This document shows, piece by piece, positions 14,701-26,803 of a DNA stretch of 64,000 nt. The position numbers and the translations under genes were made by a program. Under the pieces are notes generated by a model. The model had not been told where the DNA came from and made no database searches. It saw only the letters and a list, made by a program, of their open reading frames with translations. This stretch comes from Eledone cirrhosa (taxonomy: Eukaryota): the NCBI GenBank assembly GCA_964016885.1, contig OZ024757.1, forward strand, positions 1,054,001 through 1,118,000. The letters run 5' to 3'. Each line of letters begins with the position of its first letter. Position 1 is the stretch's first letter.

Positions 14701-17700
14701 ACTGTGTCTCACACTACCAGTCTACCTGGCTGGCTTGTGGACTGTCTCAGACTACCAGTCTACATGGCTGGCTTGTGGACTGTCTAAGACTACCAGTCTA
14801 CCTGGCTGGCTTGTGGACTGACTCAGACTACCAGTCTACCTGGCTGGTTTGTGGACTGTCTCAGACTAGACTACCAGTCTACCTAGATGGCTTGTGGACT
14901 GTCTCAGACTACCAGTCTACCTGGCTGGCTTGTGGACTGTCTCACACTACCAGTCTACCTGGCTGGCTTGTGGACTGTGTCTCAGACTAGCAGTCTACCT
15001 GGCTGGCTTGTGGACTGTCTCAGATTACCAGTCTACCTGGCTGGCTTGTGGACTGTCTCAGACTACCAGTCTACCTGGCTGGCTTGTGGACTGTCTCTCA
15101 GACTAGCAGTCTACCTGGCTGGCTTGTGGACTGTCTCAGACTACCAGTCTACCTGGCTGGCTTGTGGACTGTCTCTCAGACTACCAGTCTACCTGGCTGG
15201 CTTGTGGACTGTGTCTCAGACTACCAGTCTACCTAGCTGGCTTGTGGACTGTCTCAAACTACCAGTCTACATGGCTGGCTTGTGGAGGGTGTCTCAGACT
15301 AGCAGCCTACCTGGCTGGCTTGTGGACTGTCTCAGACTACCAGTCTACCTGGCTGGCTTGTGGACTGTCTCAGATTACCAGTCTACCTGGCTGGCTTGTG
15401 GACTGTGTCTCTACGAGTCTACCTGGCTGGCTTGTGTACCGTCTCAGACTACCAGTCTACCTGGCTGGCCTGTGGACTGTCTCAGACTACCAGTCTACCT
15501 GGTTGGCCTGTGGACTGTGTCTCAGACTACCAGTCTACCTGGCTGTCTTGTGGACTGTCTCACACTACCAGTCTACCTGGCTGGCTTGTGGACTGTCTCA
15601 CACTACCAGTCTACCTGGCTGGCTTGTGGACTGTGTCTCTACCAGTCTAGCTGGCTGACTTGTGGACTGTCTCAGACTACCAGTCTACCTGGCTGGCTTG
15701 TGTACCGTGTCACACTACCAGTCTACCTGGCTGGCTTGTGGACTGTCTCAGACTATCAGTCTACCTGGCTGGCTTGTGGACTGTCTCAGACTACCAGTCT
15801 ACCTGGCTGATATGTGGACTGTCTCAGACTACCAGTCTACCTGGCTGGCTTGTGGACTGTGTGTCACACTACCAGTCTACCTGGCTGGCTTGTGGACTGT
15901 CTAAGACTACCAGTCTACCTGGCTGGCTTGTGGACTGACTCAGACTACCAGTCTACCTGGCTGGTTTGTGGACTGTCTCAGACTACCAGTCTACCTAGAT
16001 GGCTTGTGGACTGTCTCAGACTACCAGTCTACCTGGCTGGCTTGTGGACTGTCTCACACTACCAGTCTACCTGGCTGGCTTGTGGACTGTCTCTCAGACT
16101 AGCAGTCTATCTGGCTGGCTTGTGGACTGTCTCAGATTACCAGTCTACCTGGCTGGCTTGTGGACTGTGTCTCAGACTACCAGTCTACCTGGCTGGCTTG
16201 TGGAGGGTGTCTCAGACTACCAGTCTACCTAGCTGGCTTGTGGACTGTCTCAAACTACCAGTCTACATGGCTGGCTTGTGGAGGGTGTCTCAGACTAGCA
16301 GCCTACCTGGCTGGCTTGTGGACTGTCTCAGAGTAGCAGTCTACCTGGCTGGCTTGTGGACTGTCTCAGATTACCAGTCTACCTGGCTGGCTTGTGGACT
16401 GTCTCACACTACCAGTCTACCTGGCTGGCTTGTGGACTGTGTCTCTACGAGTCTACCTGGCTGGCTTGTGTACCGTCTCACACTACCAGTCTACCTGGCT
16501 GGCCTGTGGACTGTCTCAGACTACCAGTCTACCTGGTTGGCTTGTGGACTGTGTCTCAGACTACCAGTCTACCTGGCTGTCTTGTGGACTGTCTCAGACT
16601 ACCAGTCTACCTGGCTGGCTTGTGGACTGTGTCTCAGACTACCAGTCTACCTGGCTGTCTTGTGGACTGTCTCACACTACCAGTCTACCTGGCTGTCTTG
16701 TGGACTGTCTCACACTACCAGTCTACCTGGCTGGCTTGTGGACTGTCTCACACTACCAGTCTACCTGGCTGGCTTGTGGACTGTGTCTCTACCAGTCTAC
16801 CTGGCTGACTTGTGGACTGTCTCAGACTACCAGTCTACCTGGCTGGCTTGTGTACCGTGTCACACTACCAGTCTACCTGGCTGGCTTGTGGACTGTCTAA
16901 GACTACCAGTCTACCTGGCTGGCTTGTGGACTGACTCAGACTACCAGTCTACCTGGCTGGTTTGTGGACTGTCTCAGACTACCAGTCTACCTAGATGGCT
17001 TGTGGACTGTCTCAGACTACCAGTCTACATGGCTGGCTTGTGTACCGTGTCACACTACCAGTCTACCTGGCTGGCTTGTGGACTGTCTAAGACTACCAGT
17101 CTACCTGGCTGGCTTGTGGACTGACTCAGACTACCAGTCTACCTGGCTGGTTTGTGGACTGTCTCAGACTACCAGTCTACCTAGATGGCTTGTGGACTGT
17201 CTCAGACTACCAGTCTACATGGCTGGCTTGTGGACTTTGTCTCAGACTAGCAGTCTACCTGGCTGGCTTGTGGACTGTCTCTGACTACCAGTCTACCTGG
17301 CTGGCTTGTGGACTGTCTCAGACTACCAGTCTACCTGGTTGATGTGTGACTGTCTCAGACTACCAGTCTACCTGGTTGATGTGTGACTGTCAAGCCGGTC
17401 TGGTGTTCTTTTGTATAGATATCAAGTGAGTTACCTCCATTTATAATATTTTCTCCTTATTTATTATAGAAATCGCTGGCTTGCAGACTGTCTCAGACTA
17501 CCAGTCTACCTGTCGTGCTTGTGGACTGTCTCAGACTACCAGTCTACCTGTCTGGCTTGTGGACTGTCTCAGACTACCAGTCTACCTGGCTGGCTTGTGG
17601 ACTGTGTCTCTACCAGTCTACCTGGCTGACTTGTGGACTGTCTCAGACTACCAGTCTACCTGGCTGGCTTGTGGACTATGTCTCAGACTACCAGTCTACC

Positions 17701-20700
17701 TGGCTGGCTTGTGGACTGTCTCAGACTATCAGTCTACCTGGCTGGCTTGTGGACTGTCTCAGACTACCAGTCTACCTGGCTGGCTTGTGGACTGTCTCAG
17801 ACTATCAGTCTACCTGGCTGGCTTGTGGACTGTCTCAGACTACCAGTCTACCTGGCTGATACGTGGACTGTCTCAGACTACCAGTCTACCTGGCTGGCTG
17901 GCTTGTGGACTGTGTCTCACACTACCAGTCTACCTGGCTGGCTTGTGGACTGTCTCAGACTAGCAGTCTACCTGGCTGGCTTGTGGACTGTCTCAGACTA
18001 CCAGTCTACCTGGCTGGCTTGTGGGCTCTGTCTCAGACTACCAGTCTACCTGGCTGGCTTGTGGACTGTGTCTCAGACTACCAGTCTACCTGGCTGGCTT
18101 GTGGACTGTGTCTCTACCAGTCTACCTGGCTGACGTGTGGACTGTCTCAGACTACCAGTCTACCTGGCTGGCTTGTGGACTGTGTCTCTACCAGTCTACC
18201 TGGCTGACTTGTGGACTGTCTCACACTAGCAGTCTACCTGGCTGGCTCGTGGACTGTCTCAGACTACCAATCAAACTGTCTGGCTTGTGGACTGTCTCAC
18301 ACAACCAGTCTACTTGGCTGGCTTGTGGACTGTCTCACACTACCAGTCTACCTGGCTGGCTTGTGGACTGTCTCTCAGACTAGCAGTCTACCTGGCTGGC
18401 TTGTGGACTGTCTCTCAGACTAGCAGTCTACCTGGCTGACTTGTGGACTGTGTCGGACTACCAGTCTACCTGGTTGACGTGTGACTGTCAAGCTGGTCTG
18501 GAGTTCTTTTGTATAGATATCAAGTGAGTTACCTCCATTTATAATATTATCTCCTTATTTATTATAGAAATGGCTGGCTTGTGGACTGTCTCAGACTACC
18601 AGTCTACCTGGCTGGCTTGTGGACTGTCTCAGACTACGAGTCTACCTGGCTGGCTTTTGGACTGTTTCAGACTACCAGTCTACCTGGCTGGCTTGTGGGC
18701 TCTGTCTCAGACTACCAGTCTACCTGGCTGACTTGTGGACTGTGTCTCTACCAGTCTACCTGGCTGAGTTGTGGACTGTCTCAGACTACCAGTCTACCTG
18801 GCTGAGTTGTGGACTGTCTCAAACTACCAGTCTACCTGGCTGGCTTGTGGACTGTCTCAGACTACCAGTCGACCTGGCTGGCTTCTGGACTATGTCTCAG
18901 ACTACCAGTCTACCTGGCTGGCTTGTGGACTGTGTCTCTACCAGTCTACCTGGCTGGCTCGTGGACTGTCTCAGACTACCAGTCGACCTGGCTGGCTTCT
19001 GGACTATGTCTCAGACTACCAGTCTACCTGGCTGGCTTGTGGACTGTGTCTCACACTACCAGTCTACCCGGCTGGCTTGTGGACTGTCTCAGACTAGCAG
19101 TCTACCTGGCTGATATGTGGACTGTTTCAGACTACCAGTCTACCCGGCTGGCTTGTGGACTGTCTCAGACTACCAGTCTACCTGGCTGATATGTGGACTG
19201 TCTCAGACTACCAGTCTACCTGGCTGGCTTGTGGACTGTGTCTCACACTACCAGTCTACCTGGCTGGCCTGTGGACTGTCTCAGACTAGCAGTCTACCTG
19301 GCTGGCTTGTGGACTGTCTAAAACTACCAGTCTACCTGGCTGGCTTGTGGACTGTCTCAGACTACCAGTCTACCTGGCTGGTTTGTGGAGTGTCTCAGAC
19401 TACCAGTCTACCTGGCTGGCTTGTGGACTGTCTCAGACTACCAATCAAACTGTCTGGCTTTTGGACTGTCTCACACAACCAGTCTACCTGGCTGGCTTGT
19501 GGACTGTCTCACACTACCAGTCTACCTGGCTGGCTTGTGGGCTATCTCAGATTACCAGTCTACCTGGTTGATGTGTGACTGTCAAGCCGGTCTGGAGTTC
19601 TTTTGTATAGATATCAAGTGAGTTTCCTCCATTTATAATATTATCTCCTTATTTATTATAGAAATGGCTGGCTTGTGGACTGTCTCATACTACCAGTCTA
19701 CCTGGCTGGCTTGTGGACTGTCTCAGACTACCAGTCTACCTGGCTGGCTTGTGGACTGTTTCAGACTACCAGTCTACCTGGCTGGCTTGTGGACTGTCTC
19801 AGACCACCAGTCTACCTGGCTGGCTTGTGGACTGTCTCAGACTACCAGTCTACCTGGCTGGCTTGTGGACTCTCTAAGACTTCCAGTCTACCTGGATGGC
19901 TTGTGGACTGTCTCACACTACCAGTCTACCTGGCTGGCTTGTGGACTGTCTCAGACTACCAGTCTACCTGGCTGGCTTGTGGACTGTGTCTCTACCAGTC
20001 TACCTGGCTGGCTTGTGGACTGTCTCAGACTACCAGTCTACCTGGCTGGCTTGTGGACTGTGTCTCTACCAGTCTACCTGGCTGGCTTGTGGACTGTCTC
20101 AGACTACCAGTCTACCTGGCTGGCTTGTGGACTGTGTCTCTACCAGTCTACCTGGCTGACTTCTGGACTGTCTCAGACTACCAGTCTACCTGGCTGGCTT
20201 GTGGACTGTCTCACACTACCAGTCTACCTAGCTGATATGTGGACTGTCTCAGACTACCAGTCTACCTGGCTGGCTTGTGGACTGTGTCTCACACTACCAG
20301 TCTACCTGGCTGGCTTGTGGACTGTCTCAGACTAGCAGTCTACCTGGCTGGCTTGTGGACTGTCTAAGACTACCAGTCTACCTGGCTGGCTTGTGGACTG
20401 TCTCAGACTACCAGTCTACCTGGCTGGCTTGTGGACTGTCTCAGATTACCAGTCTACCTGGCTGACTTGTGGACTGTGTCGGACTACCAGTCTACCTGGT
20501 TGATGTGTGACTGTCAAGCCGGTCTGGAGTTCTTTTGTATAGATATCAAGTGAGTTACCTCCCTTTATAATATTTTCTCCTTATTTATTATAGAAATGGC
20601 TGGCTTGTGGACTGTCTCAGACTAGCAGTCTACCTGGCTGGCTTGTGGACTGTCTCAGACTAGCAGTCTACCTGGCTGGCTTGTGGACTGTCTAAGACTA

Positions 20701-21929
20701 CCAGTCTACCTGGCTGGCTTGTGGACTGTCTCACACTACCAGTCTACCTGGCTGGCTTGTGGACTGTCTCTCAGACTAGCAGTCTACCTGGCTGGTTTGT
20801 GGACTGTCTCAGATTACCAGTCTACCTGGCTGACTTGTGGACTGTGTCGGACTACCAGTCTACCTGGTTGATGTGTGACTGTCAAGCCGGTCTGGAGTTC
20901 TTTTGTATAGATATCAAGTGAGTTACCTCCCTTTATAATATTTTCTCCTTATTTATTATAGAAATGGCTGGCTTGTGGACTGTGTCTCAGACTACCAGTC
21001 TACCTGGCTGGCTTGTGGACTGTCTCAGACTACCAGTCTACCTGGCTGGCTTGTGGACTGTCTCAGACTACCATTCTACCTGGCTGGCTTGTGGACTGTG
21101 TCTCTACCAGTCTACCTGGCTGGCTTGTGGACTGTTTCAGACTACCAGTCTACCTGGCTGGCTTGTGGACTGTCTCAGACCACCAGTCTACCTGGCTGGC
21201 TTGTGGACTGTCTCAGACTACCAGTCTACCTGGCTGGCTTGTGGACTGTGTCACACTACCAGTCTACCTGGCTGGCTTGTGGACTGTCTCAGACTACCAG
21301 TCTACCTGGCTGACTTGTGGACTGTGTCGGACTACCAGTCTACCTGGCTGGCTTGTGGACTATCTCAAACTACCAGTCTACCTGGCTGATATGTGGACTG
21401 TCTCAGACTACCAGTCTACCTGGCTGGCTTGTGGACTGTGTCTCAGACTACCATTCTACCTGGCTGGCTTGTGGACTGTGTCTCTACCAGTCTACCTGGC
21501 TGGCTTGTGGACTGTCTCAGACCACCAGTCTACCTGGCTGGCTTGTGGACTGTCTCAGACTACCAGTCTACCTGGCTGGCTTGTGGACTGTGTCTCTACC
21601 AGTCTACCTTGCTGGCTTGTGGACTGTCTCAGACTACCAGTCTACCTGGCTGGCTTGTGGACTGTCTCAGACTATCACTCTACCTGGCTGGCTTGTGGAC
21701 TATCTCAAACTACCAGTCTACCTGGCTGATATGTGGACTGTCTCAGACTACCAGTCTACCTGGCTGGCTTGTGGACTGTGTCTCACACTACCAGTCTACC
21801 TGGCTGGCTTGTGGACTGTCTCAGACTACCAGTCTACCTGGCTGACTTGTGGACTGTGTCGGACTACCAGTCTACCTGGTTGATGTGTGACTGTCAAGCC
21901 GGTCTGGTGTTCTTTTGTATAGATATCAA
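5771..21929 (+). pseudogene. putative 87-nt exon (DVLTVSDYQSTWLMCDCQAGLEFFCIDI) interrupted by the 38-bp satellite expansion
   Basis: acceptor ttcggccttcgcag ending 5770, donor aa/gtgagt at 21930; collapsing the array to one unit gives an open phase 2-2 segment; the terminal copy reads GLVFF, most internal copies GLEFF. Confidence 0.45.
5779..21895. repeat. 38-bp satellite (36- and 40-bp variants), roughly 400 copies, with 340-bp and about 2.4-2.5-kb higher-order repeats and six internal copies of the right flank
   Basis: monomer gactgtctcagactaccagtctacctggctggcttgtg; identical ORF strings at 8433/10918/13327 and at 9993/12402, with a matching start at 14887. Confidence 0.98.
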
Positions 21930-22747
21930 GTGAGTTACCTCCCTTTATAATATTATTTCCTTATTTATTATAGAAATATACTTCTTGTTTAAAAAGAAAT
22001 TATATTTTTTTCTTCTTTCCCTTGCTGAAAGGTATTTAGCGCATAGATTTTAGGAGATAAATTTGATTTTTTAGAGACAATATCTTTAAATAGACGAATT
22101 AAAAGCCATTTATGAGGCTAAAAGCCCATCCCTTTGTTGCTCCAAATAACTGAACATATATTTATATATATATATATGTATAAACATTTTTATATTAAAA
22201 GACTTGTAAATATTTTCACAATCAAAACACTCTCTCGGAGGTTACGACAAACAACACAACTTATAACTGAGAAGGTTGGATATCTGTAAGAAAAATAATA
22301 TTAAAAAATATGAAAGTCATTTACAGACATTGTCAATAAATAGAAAATGTTAAACTTTATAAAATTCTTCCAATTTTTCTTCTTTTTTCTTTTGTACATA
22401 CACACTAACACGTGTAGATGTATACATGCATCTATATATACCTGTGTAATTAGATGTATAGATATGTATACAGCTAACTACACATTGACGATCCAGATCG
22501 ATCATCGAACTGCATTGATATTAGTGGTGGAACGTATTCATGATTTTTTAAGGTTACCTATGGAGGAAAATATAATTTTTATCAGGTATCTATGTTTGAA
22601 ATTTTTGTTAAATTTTAATATGATACTGTAATGAAACGTGTTCTTACATTCTATACAGATTATCTCCTGTTAAAGTTGATATGTTCTGTTATACATTTAT
22701 ATCATTAGATATACATATGTTTATATCTACGTATATATGTCTGACTG

Positions 22748-23096
22748 GAGGCACATGGCTTAGTGGTTAGAGCATTGGCCTTGCAATCGAAAAGTTATGA
22801 GTTCAATTCTCAGACCGGGTGATGTGTTGTTTCCTTGAGCAAGACACTTTATTTCACATTGCTCCAGTTTACTCAGCTGTAGAAATGAGATGATAGGGAC
22901 TGGGGTCCCTATCATTCCACTGCAAAGTGGTCGTGGAGGTGCCACGGCAAAAAAGCGCCCAGCACTCACTGTAAATGAGGTTGGTGTTAGGAAGAGCATC
23001 CAGCTGTAGAAATCAAGCCAGAGTCAGTTCCCGTCCCACCCTTGCAAGCAGGGAAAAGCTGACGTAAAATGAAATGATGATGATGATGATGATGAT
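22748..23096 (+). mobile_element. tRNA-derived CORE-like SINE (family B head) with RTE-type (GAT)n tail
   Basis: A box tggcttagtggtt, B box gagttcaattctc, CORE-like ccttgagcaagacactttatttcac...actcagctgtagaaatgag, (gat)n tail. Confidence 0.8.
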
Positions 23097-23676
23097 ATGT
23101 CATTCACTATTTTGTAATGATCAAATGATCAGATTTATTCCTTGAATTTTCGTTTGAGCTTATTCTTAGGTGATAAAAGGCATCTTTGAGATTTTCTCAA
23201 ACATGACATATATAATTTTAAATGTAATATATATATATGAATATATATATGAATTCATTCGCCTGATATAGGGGTTTCCTCCCTTGCCGATCCCCATGTG
23301 GGGTCAGCAATAGTCAGTCCTTGTATTAACATTGAACTAAAACCTGTTGAGAAAGTGGCTTCCTTGTTCAATCATCTTACCAGAAGCCTGACAGTATTTA
23401 TGTAAGCGGACGGTACTTGATTTAGGAGCCGCAGAAACCCATATACTGGATTTTACCAACCTTCCAGGGGTCCGGGTAAATTTTCAATACCCGAATTACT
23501 TGATCATTTTTTTTTGGCTATGCGAATGATTGTTTAACCATCGTCTCAGTGTGTTTGGCCTTTAACGTTTGTTATAGCTCTGGTTCATTTGAATCATTGA
23601 GCACTTGCCGCACATCTCGGAGGTTGTTTTTCGTTATTTCGTGGGCCGAAATGCGAATCTCGATAATTTATGTTTG

Positions 23677-23708
<32 letters not shown>

Positions 23709-23857
23709 GATTTGAATGGATACAGTTTAGTTGAAAGGAATTTATTGACACGTGTTTCTATAACAGTTACATAACCTGAAAACAGCTGCTATCTACAAAG
23801 TATTAGTTATGCAGACAATCAATATTTCAATGTTATTATTTACTGTCATTTCATTAA

Positions 23858-24048
23858 GGGCGGTGGATTGGCAGTATCGGTAGAGGGTCGGGCGCCATGC
23901 TTTCCAGCATAGTTACGTCCCTTTACGATCTGAGTTCAAATCCCGCCGAGGTTGACTTTGCCTTTCATCCTTACGGGGTCGATAAAATAAAGTACCAGTA
24001 ATGCACTGGGTAATTGCTGGCCTTGTGCCTAAAGTAGAAACAATTATT
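23858..24048 (+). mobile_element. full-length SINE family A with a 20-bp target-site duplication
   Basis: tRNA-like head with B box gagttcaaatccc; TSD attatttactgtcatttcat at 23835-23854 and 24043-24062. Confidence 0.88.
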
Positions 24049-24244
24049 TACTGTCATTTCATCAGAATAATATTACTGAGGACCTGTTTGGTTTTTATAG
24101 AGAATATTAGGAGAGAGGGGTGAAGTTGTTAGAAGAATAGTTGAGGGAGTGGTTTTTTGATAGCAGTGAGAATTTTTGGTGGCAGTGAGTAATTAGATTC
24201 CCATCTGTTGTTTTGACATTTATATTACAACACAACGGAAAATA

Positions 24245-24249
<5 letters not shown>

Positions 24250-24318
<69 letters not shown>
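24250..24318. repeat. (TA)n microsatellite
   Basis: pure TA run. Confidence 0.98.
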
Positions 24319-24321
<3 letters not shown>

Positions 24322-24662
24322 GATACTTGGGGATGGTCATATTGTTGTAATATTGCCAGAAATAATGACAGAACACTCACTGTTTGGTTGGTATTTGTTT
24401 CGACACATGATTTCTAAACAAATATATATATATTAGTATTGGAGCTCTGAAATAGAAATAGCGATGTATACATGAATCTATGTATAGTATATATGGCAAT
24501 ATACCGTATGTTTAATTAAAAATATTTTGAAGACCATTCGCTATGAGTTTTAAAGTAGTGACTATGTCACTTACTTATTCTCGGCAAAAGCAAAGAAGAG
24601 TGATCAGTAGTCCTGTTTCTCACTCATTAGCATTTAGCAAGACCACTCACTCCTTTGCTTCT

Positions 24663-24871
24663 GCCAAGAGTTATAGAAGCTGGATTCTTATAGAATTCCA
24701 GTAATATTTAAGAGCTGATTAAAGAGAGTAGTTTATACATACATTCATGTATACATCAGTATTTCAGAGCACCAATCCTAATACCTAATTTCTGCTGTAC
24801 CGGCAACAGCTCTGTTTAATCAGCTCTTAAATATTACTGGAATTCTATAACCAGCTTCTATAACTCTTGGC
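24663..24871. repeat. inverted repeat, about 63-66-bp arms and about 80-bp spacer
   Basis: gccaagagttatagaagctgg...ttatagaattccagtaatatttaagagctgattaaa vs tttaatcagctcttaaatattactggaattctataaccagcttctataactcttggc. Confidence 0.9.
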
Positions 24872-24877
24872 TATTAT

Positions 24878-25410
24878 AAGCAAATGGAGGCCTATGCGCC
24901 AGCCACCCCTCGGTTCAGGCGGAGACAATACAGAAGGCGTTTCCTCAGAGGATGGTGAGGGAGACGCATTGGAAGAGCCATTCCAACTCGCAAGGCTCAC
25001 ACCTGGGGGTAGCCAACTCCTGGTGAGTAGGGAAGGGATCCTAGGGCCAAGGACACCTGAAGCCGATTATGGTCCTAGGGCCAGGGATACCAGAAGTCTC
25101 CACTGCTATGGGGTGCCAATGGTGGTAAGTAGGGAGGTGCTCCAAGGGCCAAGGACACCAGAAGTCTCCACTACTATGGGGTCCTGATGATGGTGAGTAG
25201 GGAGGTGGTCCTAGGACCACGGACACCAGGAATCTCCATTAATGGTCTTTCCATCCACAATAACTGCTGGTGGTTTAGCAAGGCTGATAAACATGATCTT
25301 GGTTTTCCCAAGATGGATGTTAAAGTCCATTGGTTGGCTCACAGTGTGGATAGCATTGAGCATCTCCTCCAATTCCTGTGGTGGTGTATTAGGATCATGT
25401 CATATATCAC
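24878..25410 (-). mobile_element. degenerate chimeric non-LTR remnant, copy 2 (RTE-like RT piece plus CRE-like RLE C-terminus with internal tandem repeats)
   Basis: minus strand PQELEEMLNAIHTVSQPMDFNIHLGKTKIMF..VIVDGKTI, then repeated PIAVETSG.(L/P)GP and ELEWLFQCVSLTIL*GNAF. Confidence 0.75.
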
Positions 25411-25433
25411 TGTTTATATTTGAACATGTGTGT

Positions 25434-25756
25434 CATCATCATCATTTTTACTTCCATTTTCCCACACTTGCATGGGTTGGACAGGTCCTTCTCACCACAC
25501 CATCTCTCCACTTGTCACGTTCCTTCATCATCTCCTCTTCCAGTCTCAGTGATTTAAGATCAGCTCTCACCACCTCTGCCCAGGTCTTCCTCTATTGCAA
25601 CTTCCTTCCACTGGGATTTCCTGGTATTTCTTCACCCACCAGTCATTGTCCATACCAACAGTCTTCTCTCCTGTACACCACCCCTGATCCCTCTTAAACC
25701 CAGCTTCTCCCTCAACTCATCCAAACTCTGCCTTTCTCTCACATTTACATCTATGT
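25434..25756 (-). mobile_element. RTE-clade LINE 3' fragment
   Basis: minus strand VNVRERQSLDELREKLGLRGIRGGVQERRL; (CAT)n tail at the left end. Confidence 0.8.
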
Positions 25757-25875
25757 CTGTGTGTGTGTGTATGTGTATATGTGTGTATGTATGTGTATGT
25801 GTGTGTGTATATGTGTGTATGTGTGTGTGTATATATATGTGTGTGTGTATGTGTGTAATATACATATGTACATGT
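25757..25875. repeat. compound (TG)n/(TATG)n microsatellite
   Basis: direct reading. Confidence 0.95.
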
Positions 25876-26094
25876 ATCCGTTCTCATAAACCCACGGAAG
25901 TTGGGTTTTTCCCCATATAACAATATTTAAATACTTCCAGTGTCTCTCCTCTGAGGGCTGCTATTTCTAGCATTTCTACAGCAGAAAAGGTTCTTATTTC
26001 AGAGTGGTTTAGCTACTAATTTTAGCCTTTTATCAGATAATAGATTGTGTGATTTAATTGTCCTTTGACTGCTATTTCTAGCTAGTTGGGAGTT

Positions 26095-26358
26095 TCTTGT
26101 ACTGGCTGTCTGGTTGAACGTTTCTGTACTGGCTGCCTGATTGAACGTTTCTTGTACTGGCTCTGTTTGAACGTTTCGTGTACTGGCTGCCTGATTGAAC
26201 GTTTTGTGTACTGGCTGTCTCGTTGAACGTTTCGTGTCCTGGCTGTTTAGTTGAACGTTTCTTGTACTGGCTGTCTCGTTGAACGTTTCGTGTACTGGCT
26301 GTCTCGTTGAACGTTTCTTTTACTGGCTGTCTCGTTGAACGTTTCGTGTACTGGCTGG
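26095..26358. repeat. 28-bp minisatellite, about 9 copies
   Basis: gtactggctgtctcgttgaacgtttcgt; gaacg at 26281 and 26309. Confidence 0.95.
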
Positions 26359-26625
26359 TTTGGATTATAAAGGGAAGTAACTTCGTTAAATCATATTTTA
26401 TGAGTTTTTTCACTTTGACCATCAAAAAAAATAATTATAACATTTCGTTTTATAAATAATTTGTTTGATAATACATATTTTTCGTTGAAAGTTGATAGAA
26501 ATACGTATTAAAATGAGTAGATTACGATTCTGAAATATAAATAGACATTTACAAGACGAATATATATTTACAGGTAGATTTGACTGCTATTTCTAGCATA
26601 TTAAAGTTTTTGTTGGGAAATGTCA

Positions 26626-26803
26626 CAGTGTCGGTAGAGGGTCGGACGCCATGCTTTCCAGCATAGTTACGTCCCTTTACGATCTGAGTTCAAATCCCGC
26701 CGAGGTTGACTTTGCCTTTCATCCTTACGGGGTCGATAAAATAAAGTACCAGTAATGCACTGGGTAATTGCTGGCCTTGTGCCTAAAGTAGAAACAATTA
26801 TTA
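26626..26803 (+). mobile_element. SINE family A, slightly 5'-truncated
   Basis: near-identical to 23872-24048. Confidence 0.88.

Noticed and set aside
5813-21933. Dozens of overlapping ORFs (DCLRLPVYLAGLWTVSDYQSTW...)
   Set aside because: The 38-bp stop-free monomer cycles through all three frames, so these are satellite translation artefacts.
7948-21977. CRISPR-like repeat/spacer appearance
   Set aside because: Monomers are contiguous, the interrupting blocks are copies of each other rather than unique spacers, there are no cas genes, and the context is eukaryotic.
23225-23670. Possible minus-strand LINE 3' end bounded by TA repeats
   Set aside because: No recognisable protein motif in the frames I translated, and no second copy in the window.
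23815-24075. Possible minus-strand hammerhead at the pre-insertion site of the SINE (CTGATGA aatg..catt GAAA)
   Set aside because: Stem II is only 4 bp and stems I and III do not pair convincingly.
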